Assembly (NCBI GenBank): GCA_043754515.1
Contig: JAYUUO010000255.1
Coordinates: 1-25,690, forward strand
DNA: 25,690 bases
Reading direction: 5' to 3'
Source: Armatimonadota bacterium
Lineage (GTDB): Bacteria > Armatimonadota > Armatimonadia > Armatimonadales > Armatimonadaceae
Shown in pieces: positions 9,412-18,747 of the stretch. The first letter of the stretch is position 1. Each line of letters opens with the position of its first letter. A program made the translations under genes and the position numbers. A model generated the notes under the pieces. That model saw nothing but the letters and a program-made list of their open reading frames with translations, was not told where the DNA came from and did no database searches.

Positions 9412-10541
9412 ATGTCGCCGCGCTGGGCTATTACGGGTTTGGAAATCTGGGGGATGAGGCGGTGCTTGCCGGAATCCGCGCCGCGCTGAAGACGGAGGCG
9501 AAGTTCGACAACGCCCGCTTCCTCGTACTCTCGAACGATCCGGACAGAACAACGGGGTTCCACCCCGGCACCGTCGCCGCGAACCGCTGGAAGTGGCGCG
9601 AGGCGGCGGCCGCCCTGACCGGTACCGACCTGTTTATTCTCGGCGGCGGCTCGCTTTTGCAGGACGTGACCTCGGTCAAGTCGGTGGTCTGGTACGTGCT
9701 GATGGCACAAATCGCCCGCGCGAAATCGCGGCGCGTGCTGTGGTGGGGGCAAGGGATCGGCCCACTCAAGTCGCGGGTGTCGCGGGTTCTGACGCGCTTT
9801 ATCGCGAGTCAGGCGGACGCGATCACGGTGCGCGACGAAAAATCCGCCGCGCTTTTGAAGGGGATCGGCGTTCGCGGGTCTATTGAGGTGGTGGCAGACC
9901 CTGCGTTTGCGCTCGACCCTGAACCGTGGCGGGAGATTCATGGTGGATCAGGACAAATCATCCGCGCCGAAGACTACGGGTTGGGCGGCGACCACCTTTT
10001 AATGGCGATCCGATCCTGGAAGACCAACGACTTTTTAAGGCAAATAGGCTATCCCGGCTTCGTGAAGAGTGGCGACGCCCGAGGCCAGCTAGACAAGCAG
10101 ATGGCGGTGGCGGCGGGCGCGGGGTGCGTGGCCGACTTCCGAATGTTCCCGATGGAGGACGCGAGTTTGCTTGCTATGGGTCCTGTTTGGCATTGGGAGG
10201 TGGGATACGCGTCCATCAGGCAGATCGTGTACGTGTTCGCCACCGCGCGGATGGTTGTCGCGATGCGGCTCCACGCGCTGATATTCGCCGCCCGGTGCGC
10301 CGTTCCGTTCGTCGCGCTGTCTTATGATCCGAAGGTGGACGCGCTGGCGCGTGCCAGCGGGCAGGAAGATGTCCTGCTCGACGTGAATGATACGTCACTG
10401 ACCCGCGAAAAACTTCTGGAGACGATTACCCGCGTCCGCGACACGGACGCGGCGCGGCGCGCGACACTGCGCGAGTTCGCGGCGGCGCAGGGAGTGCTGG
10501 CGAAACGCCCGGCGGCAATCGCGGCGGGCTTGTTCTCTTAG
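9408..10541 (+). CDS. csaB: Polysaccharide pyruvyl transferase CsaB
   Basis: GYYGFGNLGDEA, GGGSLLQDVTS, GQGIGPL, ITVRDEKS, ADPAF, MRLHALIFA, LSYDPKV. GTG 9408 overlaps the DUF5693 stop (GTGA). Confidence 0.88.
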   Translation: MNVAALGYYGFGNLGDEAVLAGIRAALKTEAKFDNARFLVLSNDPDRTTGFHPGTVAANRWKWREAAAALTGTDLFILGGGSLLQDVTSVKSVVWYVLMAQIARAKSRRVLWWGQGIGPLKSRVSRVLTRFIASQADAITVRDEKSAALLKGIGVRGSIEVVADPAFALDPEPWREIHGGSGQIIRAEDYGLGGDHLLMAIRSWKTNDFLRQIGYPGFVKSGDARGQLDKQMAVAAGAGCVADFRMFPMEDASLLAMGPVWHWEVGYASIRQIVYVFATARMVVAMRLHALIFAARCAVPFVALSYDPKVDALARASGQEDVLLDVNDTSLTREKLLETITRVRDTDAARRATLREFAAAQGVLAKRPAAIAAGLFS

Positions 10542-10626
10542 AGTTGCCGGATTAGACGCCAGGTAGGGCCGGTAGGACCCCGGTCTTCTTCCGGGATTTG
10601 CTCGGTGGGTGGAATCTATTTTTTCA

Positions 10627-13600
10627 ATGCGCAAGTACTACGCAAAAAGCTCCCGTGTCACGGCGACGTGGCTTCTCTCGCTCGGCTTGTATGGCGTCAC
10701 GCTCCCGCTGGCTTCGGCGCACGCGGGCGACCCGCCACCTCCGGCACCGGTGCCAGCCCCGTCGCCCACGCCAGTCCCGCCGTCGCCCGCCCCGCCGGTG
10801 CCGGTTCCCGCGCCCGATCCGGTGCCCATGCCCGACCCGGCGGCACCGGTGCCGCCTCCGGTCCCGGTACCCGGCGCGTCGCCATCCCCCGCCGCGCCCC
10901 CGTTCACCGCGCCACTCGCGACTCCCATTACGAAGACGGACACCCCGAGCGATGTGTCAAAGGATAAAAAGTCCAAAGACAGGAAGGATCTGGATATGCA
11001 GGGGTTCCGGGGATCCCGTAACAACTCGGTCGGGCACTTCATCGGCGGCTCGTTCGGGAGCCTTTTCGACAACGTTTATGTGTCCGGGGGTACCTCGTTC
11101 AGCTCGCGCTATTCCAGCGTGTCCGGGTCGCAGACCGCGCAGTCGTCGTACCAGGACACCGTGAGCGGGCAGAATTACGGCACCAGACAGGTCGGGCCGT
11201 TTCAGCAGAACATGGATCTGACGATCAGCGGGCGCGTGCTCAACGCCTTCACGATCAACGGGCGGTTCTCCAACCAACGGCAGGGCAACTACTTCAACCA
11301 GGTGTTCGGGATCAACTACCACGCCAAAGGCACGGCGTTCGCGCTCGGCGACGTTTCCGCCGCGCTCCCCGGCAACGAGTTCGTGACGTTCGCGCGCACC
11401 GTGCGCGGCCTGTCTTTCGGGCGTGACTTCGGTGACGGAATCCGCATCCAGGGGGTCGGCTCGTACACGCAGGCGGTGACCCGGCGCGGCTCCTTTCAGG
11501 GGAACGGCACGACGGGTCCGTATCCGCTCCAGTCATCTTCGATTCTGGAAGGCTCGGACCGGGTCCAGCTGAACGGCAAGGATCTGATCTCCGGGCAGGA
11601 CTACCGGATTGACTACCAGTTCGGGCAGATGACGTTCGCGCCGGGGCGCATTGTCAACCCGGAAGACACCGTGGTCTATACGTATGAGGCGCAAAGTTAC
11701 AACTCGTCGCCGGGACTGTTGACCGGGATGCGCTTCGACCTGTCGCCCAAGCAGTTGTCCAGCAAGTCACAGAACAGCGCGAGTCTGGCCAGCATCGGCA
11801 TGACCTGGCTTCAGCAGAAGCAGTTGTCGGGCGGGAGCGATAATCGCGAGATCACCTGGCGGTTTCCGGCCAAAAACGACCTCACGTACCAGTACCAGTT
11901 GCCCGCCGGGATTCAGCCGGGCGCGCCGGTTGAAATACGCCACGGCGACCAGTTACTCCAAGAGAACGTAGACTACATCCTGTCGCGCCCCAACCGGTTC
12001 TTCACCCTGAAGAAAGGTTTAGGGGAAGACAACTCGACCACCGGCTCGACGCTCTAAGTCAAGTACCTGCCCATCCGGCAGTCAACGGTCAGCGGCGACC
12101 GCTCCGTCATGGGACTTGACGGCAACGTGCGCGTCAACCGAACCACGAACCTCGCGTGGCAGTACGGCCGCTCGTCGAACACGGTGCAGAGCGCGAGCGG
12201 GGGCGACGCGATGTCGCTCAATGCCACGTTCGGTGGTGGTAGCGGAAAAACCGTAGGGAGATGGAACGGCACGCTGGGGTGGCGCAACATCGGCGACACC
12301 TACGCCGGGATAGACTCGATCTCCAACGCCTTCCTGCGCGCCGAGAAGGGGTTGCGCGGCACGCTCGCCTACAGCCCGACCTCGTTCCTGTCGCTCACCA
12401 GCTCGATGAACCAGTCTCAGATCGGCAGCCAGGCGCTAAATACCGGCACGGACGGCACACAGCAGAGCACGTTCTCGTGGAACAACAACACGCAGTATCA
12501 GGGCGGGTTCAGCCTTTCGCTCCGCAAACTGCCGCGCCTCGACTTCACCCACTCGCAGATCGAGCAGAAAGCGTCGGGGGGCATCGGTAGCACGTCCCAC
12601 TATGCGTCGGATCAGGCGAACGTCAACTATCAGGTCGGCATATTGGGCGTGAGCGGCTCCCTCGGGCGCACGCTCTCGCGCGGGCAGTCGGTGTTCGCCA
12701 CCGGCTTCACCAACACGCTGACCGGGGGACCGGCTACCAGCACCACGCTGGCCTCGCAACTCAGCAGCGGCACATTCGCCAACAGTTCCGCGACCGACTC
12801 GCAGTCGGACACGGGCCGCCTCACGCTGTCCCTGAGTCCGTTCAGCTGGCTTAACATCAACACCGCGACCGGAGTGTCGCGCACCCGATACGGGAGTAGC
12901 GGCACGTCGGGCGTCGCCGGGTCATCGTCGGACGCGCGGGATAATAGCCTGGGCGCGCGGCTGCAACTCCGCGAAAACCTGTCCTTCGGGTTCGACCTGG
13001 CGAACAGCACGAACGGTCGCACCGACCTGCAAAGTAGCTCGCAGACCGGCATCGGCATCGCCTCCCAGCGCACCCAGACGACCGCGTTCGACGTGCGCTA
13101 CCAGCCCCGCCCGAGTATCGAGTTGACCGCGCAGGTGGGGCACTCGCTCCAACTGGTTCCCGGCTACGAGAACTCCGACAGCACCACCACCGCGCTCGGG
13201 ATTACCTTCGCGCCGATACCCCAGTTCACGTTCTTCGGTAGCCTAAGCGGCCAGAAACTGCGCTACCTCGGCAGTCAGCAGGGCAACAGCGACGACACCA
13301 CCTTCCAGTTCCAGGCCACGGCGGGTCCCTTCGCCAGAGCACTCGGCCCGCTCAAAAAGATGACCTACAGCGCGTCGTGGCAACACGTCAACACCGGCTC
13401 CGCGCTCGCCACGTCTCTCGCGAACACCGGCAACGGGAGTAGTTTGATCGGCACCACGGGCGGCGTCACGCCGATCAGCACGGGCGGTGCCGGGAGTCTG
13501 TCCCGCGCCGCCGCTATTGACCCCGGCTATACCCTCCAGAAGCAGTTCCTGAGCCTGTGGAGTTTGCGGGCGGATTACCCGGTTGCCACCCGGCAGACCC

Positions 13601-13842
13601 TCTACTTCTCGTGGCAGGCGATTGACTCCCGCTCGCCGCTTTCCGGCACCACCGCCGGGTCATCCTACTACACGGCCAGTAATTACCAGCGCGGGAACGG
13701 CGCGGTCGGGTATGATTACCGGCTGAACGAATACCTGAGTCTGACCACGAACTGGAATCTGATCCAGGTGCATGACCGAGAAAAAAGCGACCTGTCATAT
13801 CAGGCGCGGGCGTTCAACATGGATCTGTCCATGAAGTTTTAG
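10627..13842 (+). pseudogene. Large exported outer-membrane beta-barrel protein (~1070 codons) with SprA-like repeats, interrupted by one in-frame TAA at 12055-12057 (nonsense mutation or sequencing error)
   Basis: ORFs 10609-12057 and 12109-13842 are in the same frame and the gap is open after the TAA (VKYLPIRQSTVSGDRSVM). Signal peptide ends ASAHA, followed by a Pro-rich linker, amphipathic beta strands and C-terminal AFNMDLSMKF (terminal Phe). Confidence 0.75.
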
Positions 13843-13869
13843 AGCGAAACATGAAGTTTCAGGGCGAGA
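13830..13869 (+). repeat. Imperfect 20-bp tandem duplication spanning the barrel-gene stop codon
   Basis: CATGAAGTTTTAGAGCGAAA / CATGAAGTTTCAGGGCGAGA, 17 of 20 identical. Confidence 0.7.
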
Positions 13870-13883
13870 AAGGACCCGAACAC

Positions 13884-14645
13884 ATGACCATAGCGGAAGC
13901 CCTCGGGGAAGTAGGCGTCACCCCGGACACTCTCACGCGAGAGGAAAAAAACGCGCTGAATCGGGATGGGTACCTGCCGCTACCCGGAATTCTCTCCGGC
14001 GAGCAAGTTGACCTCGTGAACGCGCGCCTCGCCCGATTGCTCGACGACGAGGGCGACGCGGCGGGCACGGAGGTACACCAGGAAGCGGGCACGGACCGCC
14101 TGTCCGACCTGGCGAACAAAGGCGATGTTTTCGACGTTTTCTACACGCACCCCCGCGTGCTGGCGGCGGTCGCCCACGTGCTGAAAGGCAACCTCAAACT
14201 GAGTAGCCTGAACGCCCGCGCCGCGCTCCCCGGCCAGGGTCTTCAGGGCTTGCACGCCGACTGGGGCGAAGCCGTCGCGCCGGGCAACTACCGCGTCTGC
14301 AACTCGGTATGGCTGCTCGACGACTTCACCCAGAACAACGGCGCGACGCGGGTGGTGCCGGGCACGCACCGCTCCGGGCGGATGCCCCACGATGTCATGC
14401 CCGACGTCTCGAAACCGCACCCGGAAGAGCGGCTGCTTCTGGCTCCGGCGGGCACGGTGGTGGTGTTCAACAGCCACGCCTGGCACGGCGGGACCCGCAA
14501 CGACACGGACGCGCCGCGCCGCGCCATCCACGCCTACTTCTGCGACCGGGGTGAGCCACAACAGCTCGACCAGCGGAAGCACCTGCGGGAAGAAACGCGG
14601 GCGCGGCTCCCTGGGTCGGCGCGGGTGATACTCGATGCCGCGTGA
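13884..14645 (+). CDS. Phytanoyl-CoA dioxygenase (PhyH) family Fe(II)/2-oxoglutarate dioxygenase
   Basis: GLHADW (HxD), NGATRVVPGTH, HAWHGG...RRA. GAAAGGA RBS precedes ATG 13884 (the ORF-track start 13851 lies in the duplication). Confidence 0.88.
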   Translation: MTIAEALGEVGVTPDTLTREEKNALNRDGYLPLPGILSGEQVDLVNARLARLLDDEGDAAGTEVHQEAGTDRLSDLANKGDVFDVFYTHPRVLAAVAHVLKGNLKLSSLNARAALPGQGLQGLHADWGEAVAPGNYRVCNSVWLLDDFTQNNGATRVVPGTHRSGRMPHDVMPDVSKPHPEERLLLAPAGTVVVFNSHAWHGGTRNDTDAPRRAIHAYFCDRGEPQQLDQRKHLREETRARLPGSARVILDAA

Positions 14646-14685
14646 CTCCCGAAGAGTCGCGCGACCCCCAAGAAGTCGCGCGACG

Positions 14686-14734
14686 CCGAAGAAAAAGCCC
14701 CCGTCGCGTTCGACGCGGCGGGGGCTTCTTTCGG
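14686..14734. terminator. Bidirectional intrinsic terminator between convergent genes
   Basis: GAAGAAAAAGCCCCCGTCGCG-TTCGA-CGCGGCGGGGGCTTCTTTC: GC stem with an A-tract on one side and a T-rich tract on the other. Confidence 0.85.
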
Positions 14735-14744
14735 TCTCGTAACC

Positions 14745-15680
14745 TTACTCGACGGTGGCGATGGTGATAGCGATCACCTTGTTACCCGCGCTGAACGGGT
14801 TTTCCTGTTGCCCGCGCTGGTTCAGGAACTGGAACAGCACATGGTTCTTGTTCTTGTAAGAGGCGACCAGACTACGACCGACGCGGAACTGTTCTTCCGG
14901 CACGCCGTACCGCAGGACGACTTCCTTATAGGTGGTTCCGAGTTGAACGCCTTTAGCTGTCCTCACGTTGCCGCCCGCGTAGCCGATGGAACGGATCTGC
15001 GTTATTGCCCCGCCCTGCCCGATCAGGAACTCATACGAGACCACGTCTTTGCCCGCCTTGCGGTTGTAGATCCAGGTCGTTTCCTGCTGGGGAGTTAGGG
15101 TGGAGACCGTCTGCCCGAACTGGCCGCTGGCACCGCCGCCGCCGCCCGCGCCCGGAAACCCGCCGCCGCCGGGGAAGCCACCGCCGCCGCCGGGGAAGCC
15201 ACCGCCGCCGCCAGGGAACCCGCCGCCTCGCGGGCCACCCTCCCCGTCGTCACTGCCGCCTCTGGCTCCGCCGCCGCCGCCCAGTCCGGGCAGGGCACCG
15301 CCACCCGACCCAGACGCGAAACCGCGACCGCCGCGCGCGGGACCACCGAAGCCACCCGGCGCGCCTGGGAATCCTCCGGGTTGCCCGCCGAGGCCGCCCG
15401 GAGCACCCCCGAGGCCGCCCGGAGCACCCCCGAGGCCGCCCCCAGCACCGGCACCGCCTGCGGGAGCCTCGCGGATGCCCACATCACCGACCACGACATC
15501 GTTCGGGTTGCCGTACGCCCGCAGAACCATGCTAGCCTTGCTATTGAGCCGGATGCCCGCCAACCTACGCTCGTACTGGTCCGCCTGTGCTTGCGCCGTC
15601 CGGGTGGGGAGTGCCGCCACGGTACCCGCCGCGACCAGTGCCGCGAAACCCGCCACTATCAATTGCTTCCGTAAAATCAT
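14745..15680 (-). CDS. Exported protein with a central Gly-rich low-complexity insert, function unknown
   Basis: Signal peptide ending TAQAQA. Two related motifs (LAGIRLNS..VLRAYGNP and AKGVQLGT..VVLRYGVP) flank over 100 aa of GGFPG/GGAPG repeats. Confidence 0.8.
   Translation of the reverse strand: MILRKQLIVAGFAALVAAGTVAALPTRTAQAQADQYERRLAGIRLNSKASMVLRAYGNPNDVVVGDVGIREAPAGGAGAGGGLGGAPGGLGGAPGGLGGQPGGFPGAPGGFGGPARGGRGFASGSGGGALPGLGGGGGARGGSDDGEGGPRGGGFPGGGGGFPGGGGGFPGGGGFPGAGGGGGASGQFGQTVSTLTPQQETTWIYNRKAGKDVVSYEFLIGQGGAITQIRSIGYAGGNVRTAKGVQLGTTYKEVVLRYGVPEEQFRVGRSLVASYKNKNHVLFQFLNQRGQQENPFSAGNKVIAITIATVE
15160..15441 (-). repeat. Coding 21-bp tandem repeats (GGGGFPG and GGAPGGL)
   Basis: CCGCCGCCGCCGGGGAAGCCA about x3 at 15160-15222 and GAGGCCGCCCGGAGCACCCCC x2.5 at 15390-15441. 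Confidence 0.85.
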
Positions 15681-15827
15681 TGCTTTATTTCGTATCTTTC
15701 CGTCGCCGCGCGGGTACGCCCCGCCCTAGTGCTTAGTATGTGAGACTTGCCGCTCTGGTTCCGCTCGCGGCGACCGGGCGAATAAGGGTCTTTCCGCTAC
15801 TTTCAGTGCCCGACGTGCTACTTCCTT

Positions 15828-15875
15828 CTTTTGCCGTAAAATAGTTACGCGCTTTTGCCGTAAAATAATTACGCG
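15828..15875. repeat. 24-bp tandem direct repeat with internal palindrome, putative operator pair
   Basis: CTTTTGCCGTAAAATAGTTACGCG / CTTTTGCCGTAAAATAATTACGCG, 23 of 24 identical; each contains CGTAA-N5-TTACG. Confidence 0.85.
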
Positions 15876-15882
15876 ATAGAAT
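15855..15882 (+). promoter_or_regulatory. Putative sigma70 promoter of glnD
   Basis: TTGCCG (15855-15860), 16-nt spacer, TAGAAT (15877-15882), 21 nt before ATG 15904. Confidence 0.6.
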
Positions 15883-15903
15883 GCGAGTCTACCGCGCCCA
15901 CTT

Positions 15904-18723
15904 ATGACCCCCGATCAGAACAACCCCACTAGCCCCAGCGGAACGGCATCCCCCGCCGCCCCGCTACGTCACCAACTCGCCGCCCTGCACGCCGAACGCG
16001 ATCTGGTTGCGTTCTTCAAAGCGGAGCGCGACTCGCTACTCGCCGACGCCGCCCGCATCCGACTCGGCGCGCCCGACGGCGGGCGCGAGTGGATGCACCG
16101 ACACGCGGACCTCGTGGACGCCTTCCTGCGGCGGCTACTCGCGCTCGCCTGCGAACGCACTGGGCAGACCACCAAGACCGGGATCACCGTGATCGCGACC
16201 GGCGGCTACGGACAGCGCACGCTGGCACCGCACTCCGACCTCGACATCACGTTCCTGACCGCCCGCGACGACGACTCGCCGACATTGCGGGCACTCTTCG
16301 GACTCGTCATGGACGTGCTGATGGGCGGCGCGAAACTCCAGGTCGGCTACGGCTACCGCACCCTCTCCGACGTCGAATCGCTGGACGGCGGCGGCACCCT
16401 GCCCTACGACCATCAGACCCAGACCGCTCTGTTAGACGCGCGCCTGATCGCGGGGGATTCCGTTTTATTCGCCCGGTTTGACCGCCAGTTCATCGCGCAC
16501 CTTCAAATCGCCGATTTCCTTTTTCGCAAGCACACCGAGTGGATGCGGCGGCGCGAGAAGTTCGGCACCACGCCGCTGATCGCCGAGCCGCAACTCAAAG
16601 AGGGCGCGGGTGGGCTGCGCGACCTACAAACCGCGGCGTGGATGGCGCGGGTGCGCTACGGCAAGCATCCGGGGAGCATCGGGTCGGGCGAGCTGTGGCG
16701 CGAGATGACGCGCCGCAAGGTGATCACCGAAGGGGAGCAGGCGGCACTACTCGCCGACCGCGACTTTCTGCTCGGGGTGCGCTGTCTCCTGCACCGCACG
16801 GCGGGCGAGCGCAAGGACGTGCTGTCGCGCCCGCGCCAGGAGAAGGTCGCCGCGCTAGCCGGGGAGGACCTGGAGCCGTTCCTGCACCGCTACTACGCGT
16901 GCGCCCTGCGCATCCAGCAGACCACGGACAAGATCATCGCCCGTTGCCTGGAGTCGCCTCTCCCCCTGGCGACGCCGGGCCTCGCCGCGGCGCGCCGCCA
17001 GGTGGTGATCTCCGAGCCGGAGCGCATTGAGGAAGACCCCGCTTGGCCCCTCCGCGCCGTCGGCTACTGCCAGACATACAACCTCCAACTGGCACCGGCG
17101 ACGGAGGAAGCGGTAGAACGCAACCTGGCGGCCATGTCACAGGCGGGCGGGTACCCCGGTGCCCCCCTCGTGAGCGAAATGCTCGCCCGCGCCGGAGACA
17201 TCGGCGCGACGGTGCGGCGTCTCCACCGCACCGGCCTTTTGCGCGCCCTGCTCCCGGAACTCGACACCTGCATGACCCTGCCCGCCTACGACTCGTCGCA
17301 CTTATACACGGTGGGCGAGCATTCGCTCCGGGTGCTGGAGAATCTGGCGCGGTTGCGCCCGCGCGAGATAGTCGCGGTCGGCTACAACGCCCCCGAAACA
17401 CCGCCCGAGTCCGCCGAAATCCTGCCTCTGCGAGAACTGCTCGAATCGCTCGAGTCACCGATACCGCTCTACGTCGCCGCGCTGATCCACGATGTCGGCA
17501 AGCAAACCCGCGCGCTACCGGATGGCACCCCCGTGCCCCACGAGGTCACCGGGGCCGACATGAGTCCGGCGATCTGCGAGCGGCTCGGGCTGGCCCCGGC
17601 GCACGCGGAGACGGCGACATGGCTGGTGCGCGAGCACCTGCTGATGGCGCGGGTGGCGCGCCTGCGCGACCTGAACCTGCCGGAAACGGTGCGCGCGTTC
17701 GGCGACGCGGTCGGGGGCGCGGAGCGTCTGCGGATGCTGTACCTGTTGACGTGGGCGGATACCAACGCAGTCGCGCCGGGCGTTTGGACGCCGCTCCAGG
17801 CGAGCCAGATCGCCGAACTCTTCGACCGGTCGTTCGACTATTTGCAAGCGGCGGACGAGCGCGGCGCGGGGACCACCGCCCCGGAAGACCCGGAGGACCG
17901 CCTGAAAACGGTGCGCGCGCGGGTGCGCAAACAACTAGCGCGGGAGGCGGAACTGGCCCTGCCCAAAGAAGCGCGCGAGTTCGGACAGGAGGCCCGCGGC
18001 GAGGCGGCGCGGGCGCACTCGGAGACCATGCCCGCCGCCTACCTGCTCGCGACCCCGCTCCCGGTGATGGCGCAACACGTCCACATGGTGACGCGGCTAC
18101 TTGAGACCGGGGGGCGTCCCGTGGTGGACCTGCGCACGCCCGCGCCGGGAGCGGATACGACCGACATGATCGTGGTCGCGTATGACGATCCGACGCCGGG
18201 TCTGCTGGCGAAGATCACGGGCGTGCTACTCGCCTATGACGTGCGGGTGCATACCGTACAGGCATTCACGCGTGAAGAGGATGGGCGGCGGATCGTGCTG
18301 GACACGCTCTCGGTGAACTACCACGACCGCGCCCTGCCGCCGCTGAAGCGTGCCGACGTCGCGGAGGCGGTGACGCGGGTGTTGGCGGAGGAGACCACTC
18401 TCGCCGACCTGCTTAAACGCCGGGGGCGCGCGGATGCCGCCCACTCCGCGCTCCGCGCCCCGGTGCAGGTGCTGATGACGGACGAGAGCGTGGGGCAGAA
18501 CCTGACGCTACTCGACATCGCCGCGCCGGACGAGATCAGCGTCGTCTATCGCCTCTGCGCGGCGTTGACCACGCTCGGCACCAACATTCGCTCCGCGCGC
18601 ATCTCGCTCTGGGGCGGGAGTGCCCGGTTCGCGTTCTATGTCACCGCGGCGGACGGCGGCCCCATCCCCGCCGCGCCGCTCAAAGACGGGCTGGAAGCCG
18701 CGTTCCCCGCCGACGCGCCGTAG
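15904..18723 (+). CDS. glnD: Bifunctional PII uridylyltransferase/uridylyl-removing enzyme
   Basis: NTase ATGGYG..LAPHSDLDI, LLDARLIAGD, EPQLKEGAGGLRD, HLYTVGEHS, HD motif LIHDVGK, LLTWAD, and two C-terminal ACT-like regions. Confidence 0.9.
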   Translation: MTPDQNNPTSPSGTASPAAPLRHQLAALHAERDLVAFFKAERDSLLADAARIRLGAPDGGREWMHRHADLVDAFLRRLLALACERTGQTTKTGITVIATGGYGQRTLAPHSDLDITFLTARDDDSPTLRALFGLVMDVLMGGAKLQVGYGYRTLSDVESLDGGGTLPYDHQTQTALLDARLIAGDSVLFARFDRQFIAHLQIADFLFRKHTEWMRRREKFGTTPLIAEPQLKEGAGGLRDLQTAAWMARVRYGKHPGSIGSGELWREMTRRKVITEGEQAALLADRDFLLGVRCLLHRTAGERKDVLSRPRQEKVAALAGEDLEPFLHRYYACALRIQQTTDKIIARCLESPLPLATPGLAAARRQVVISEPERIEEDPAWPLRAVGYCQTYNLQLAPATEEAVERNLAAMSQAGGYPGAPLVSEMLARAGDIGATVRRLHRTGLLRALLPELDTCMTLPAYDSSHLYTVGEHSLRVLENLARLRPREIVAVGYNAPETPPESAEILPLRELLESLESPIPLYVAALIHDVGKQTRALPDGTPVPHEVTGADMSPAICERLGLAPAHAETATWLVREHLLMARVARLRDLNLPETVRAFGDAVGGAERLRMLYLLTWADTNAVAPGVWTPLQASQIAELFDRSFDYLQAADERGAGTTAPEDPEDRLKTVRARVRKQLAREAELALPKEAREFGQEARGEAARAHSETMPAAYLLATPLPVMAQHVHMVTRLLETGGRPVVDLRTPAPGADTTDMIVVAYDDPTPGLLAKITGVLLAYDVRVHTVQAFTREEDGRRIVLDTLSVNYHDRALPPLKRADVAEAVTRVLAEETTLADLLKRRGRADAAHSALRAPVQVLMTDESVGQNLTLLDIAAPDEISVVYRLCAALTTLGTNIRSARISLWGGSARFAFYVTAADGGPIPAAPLKDGLEAAFPADAP

Positions 18724-18747
18724 GCGACACCCGGCCCACCGTCCCGC

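Noticed and set aside
9930..10230. More AT-rich middle of csaB as an intein or insertion
   Set aside because: No intein terminal motifs, the total length is normal for CsaB, and AIRSW matches the expected family segment.
12055..12057. Genome-wide TAA reassignment or Sec/Pyl recoding
   Set aside because: TAA terminates other genes here (14745-14747 and 22270-22272 on the minus strand), and Sec and Pyl use TGA and TAG.
15100..15729. 209-aa Pro-rich plus-strand ORF
   Set aside because: Antisense shadow of the Gly-rich gene, which has a signal peptide and coherent domains.
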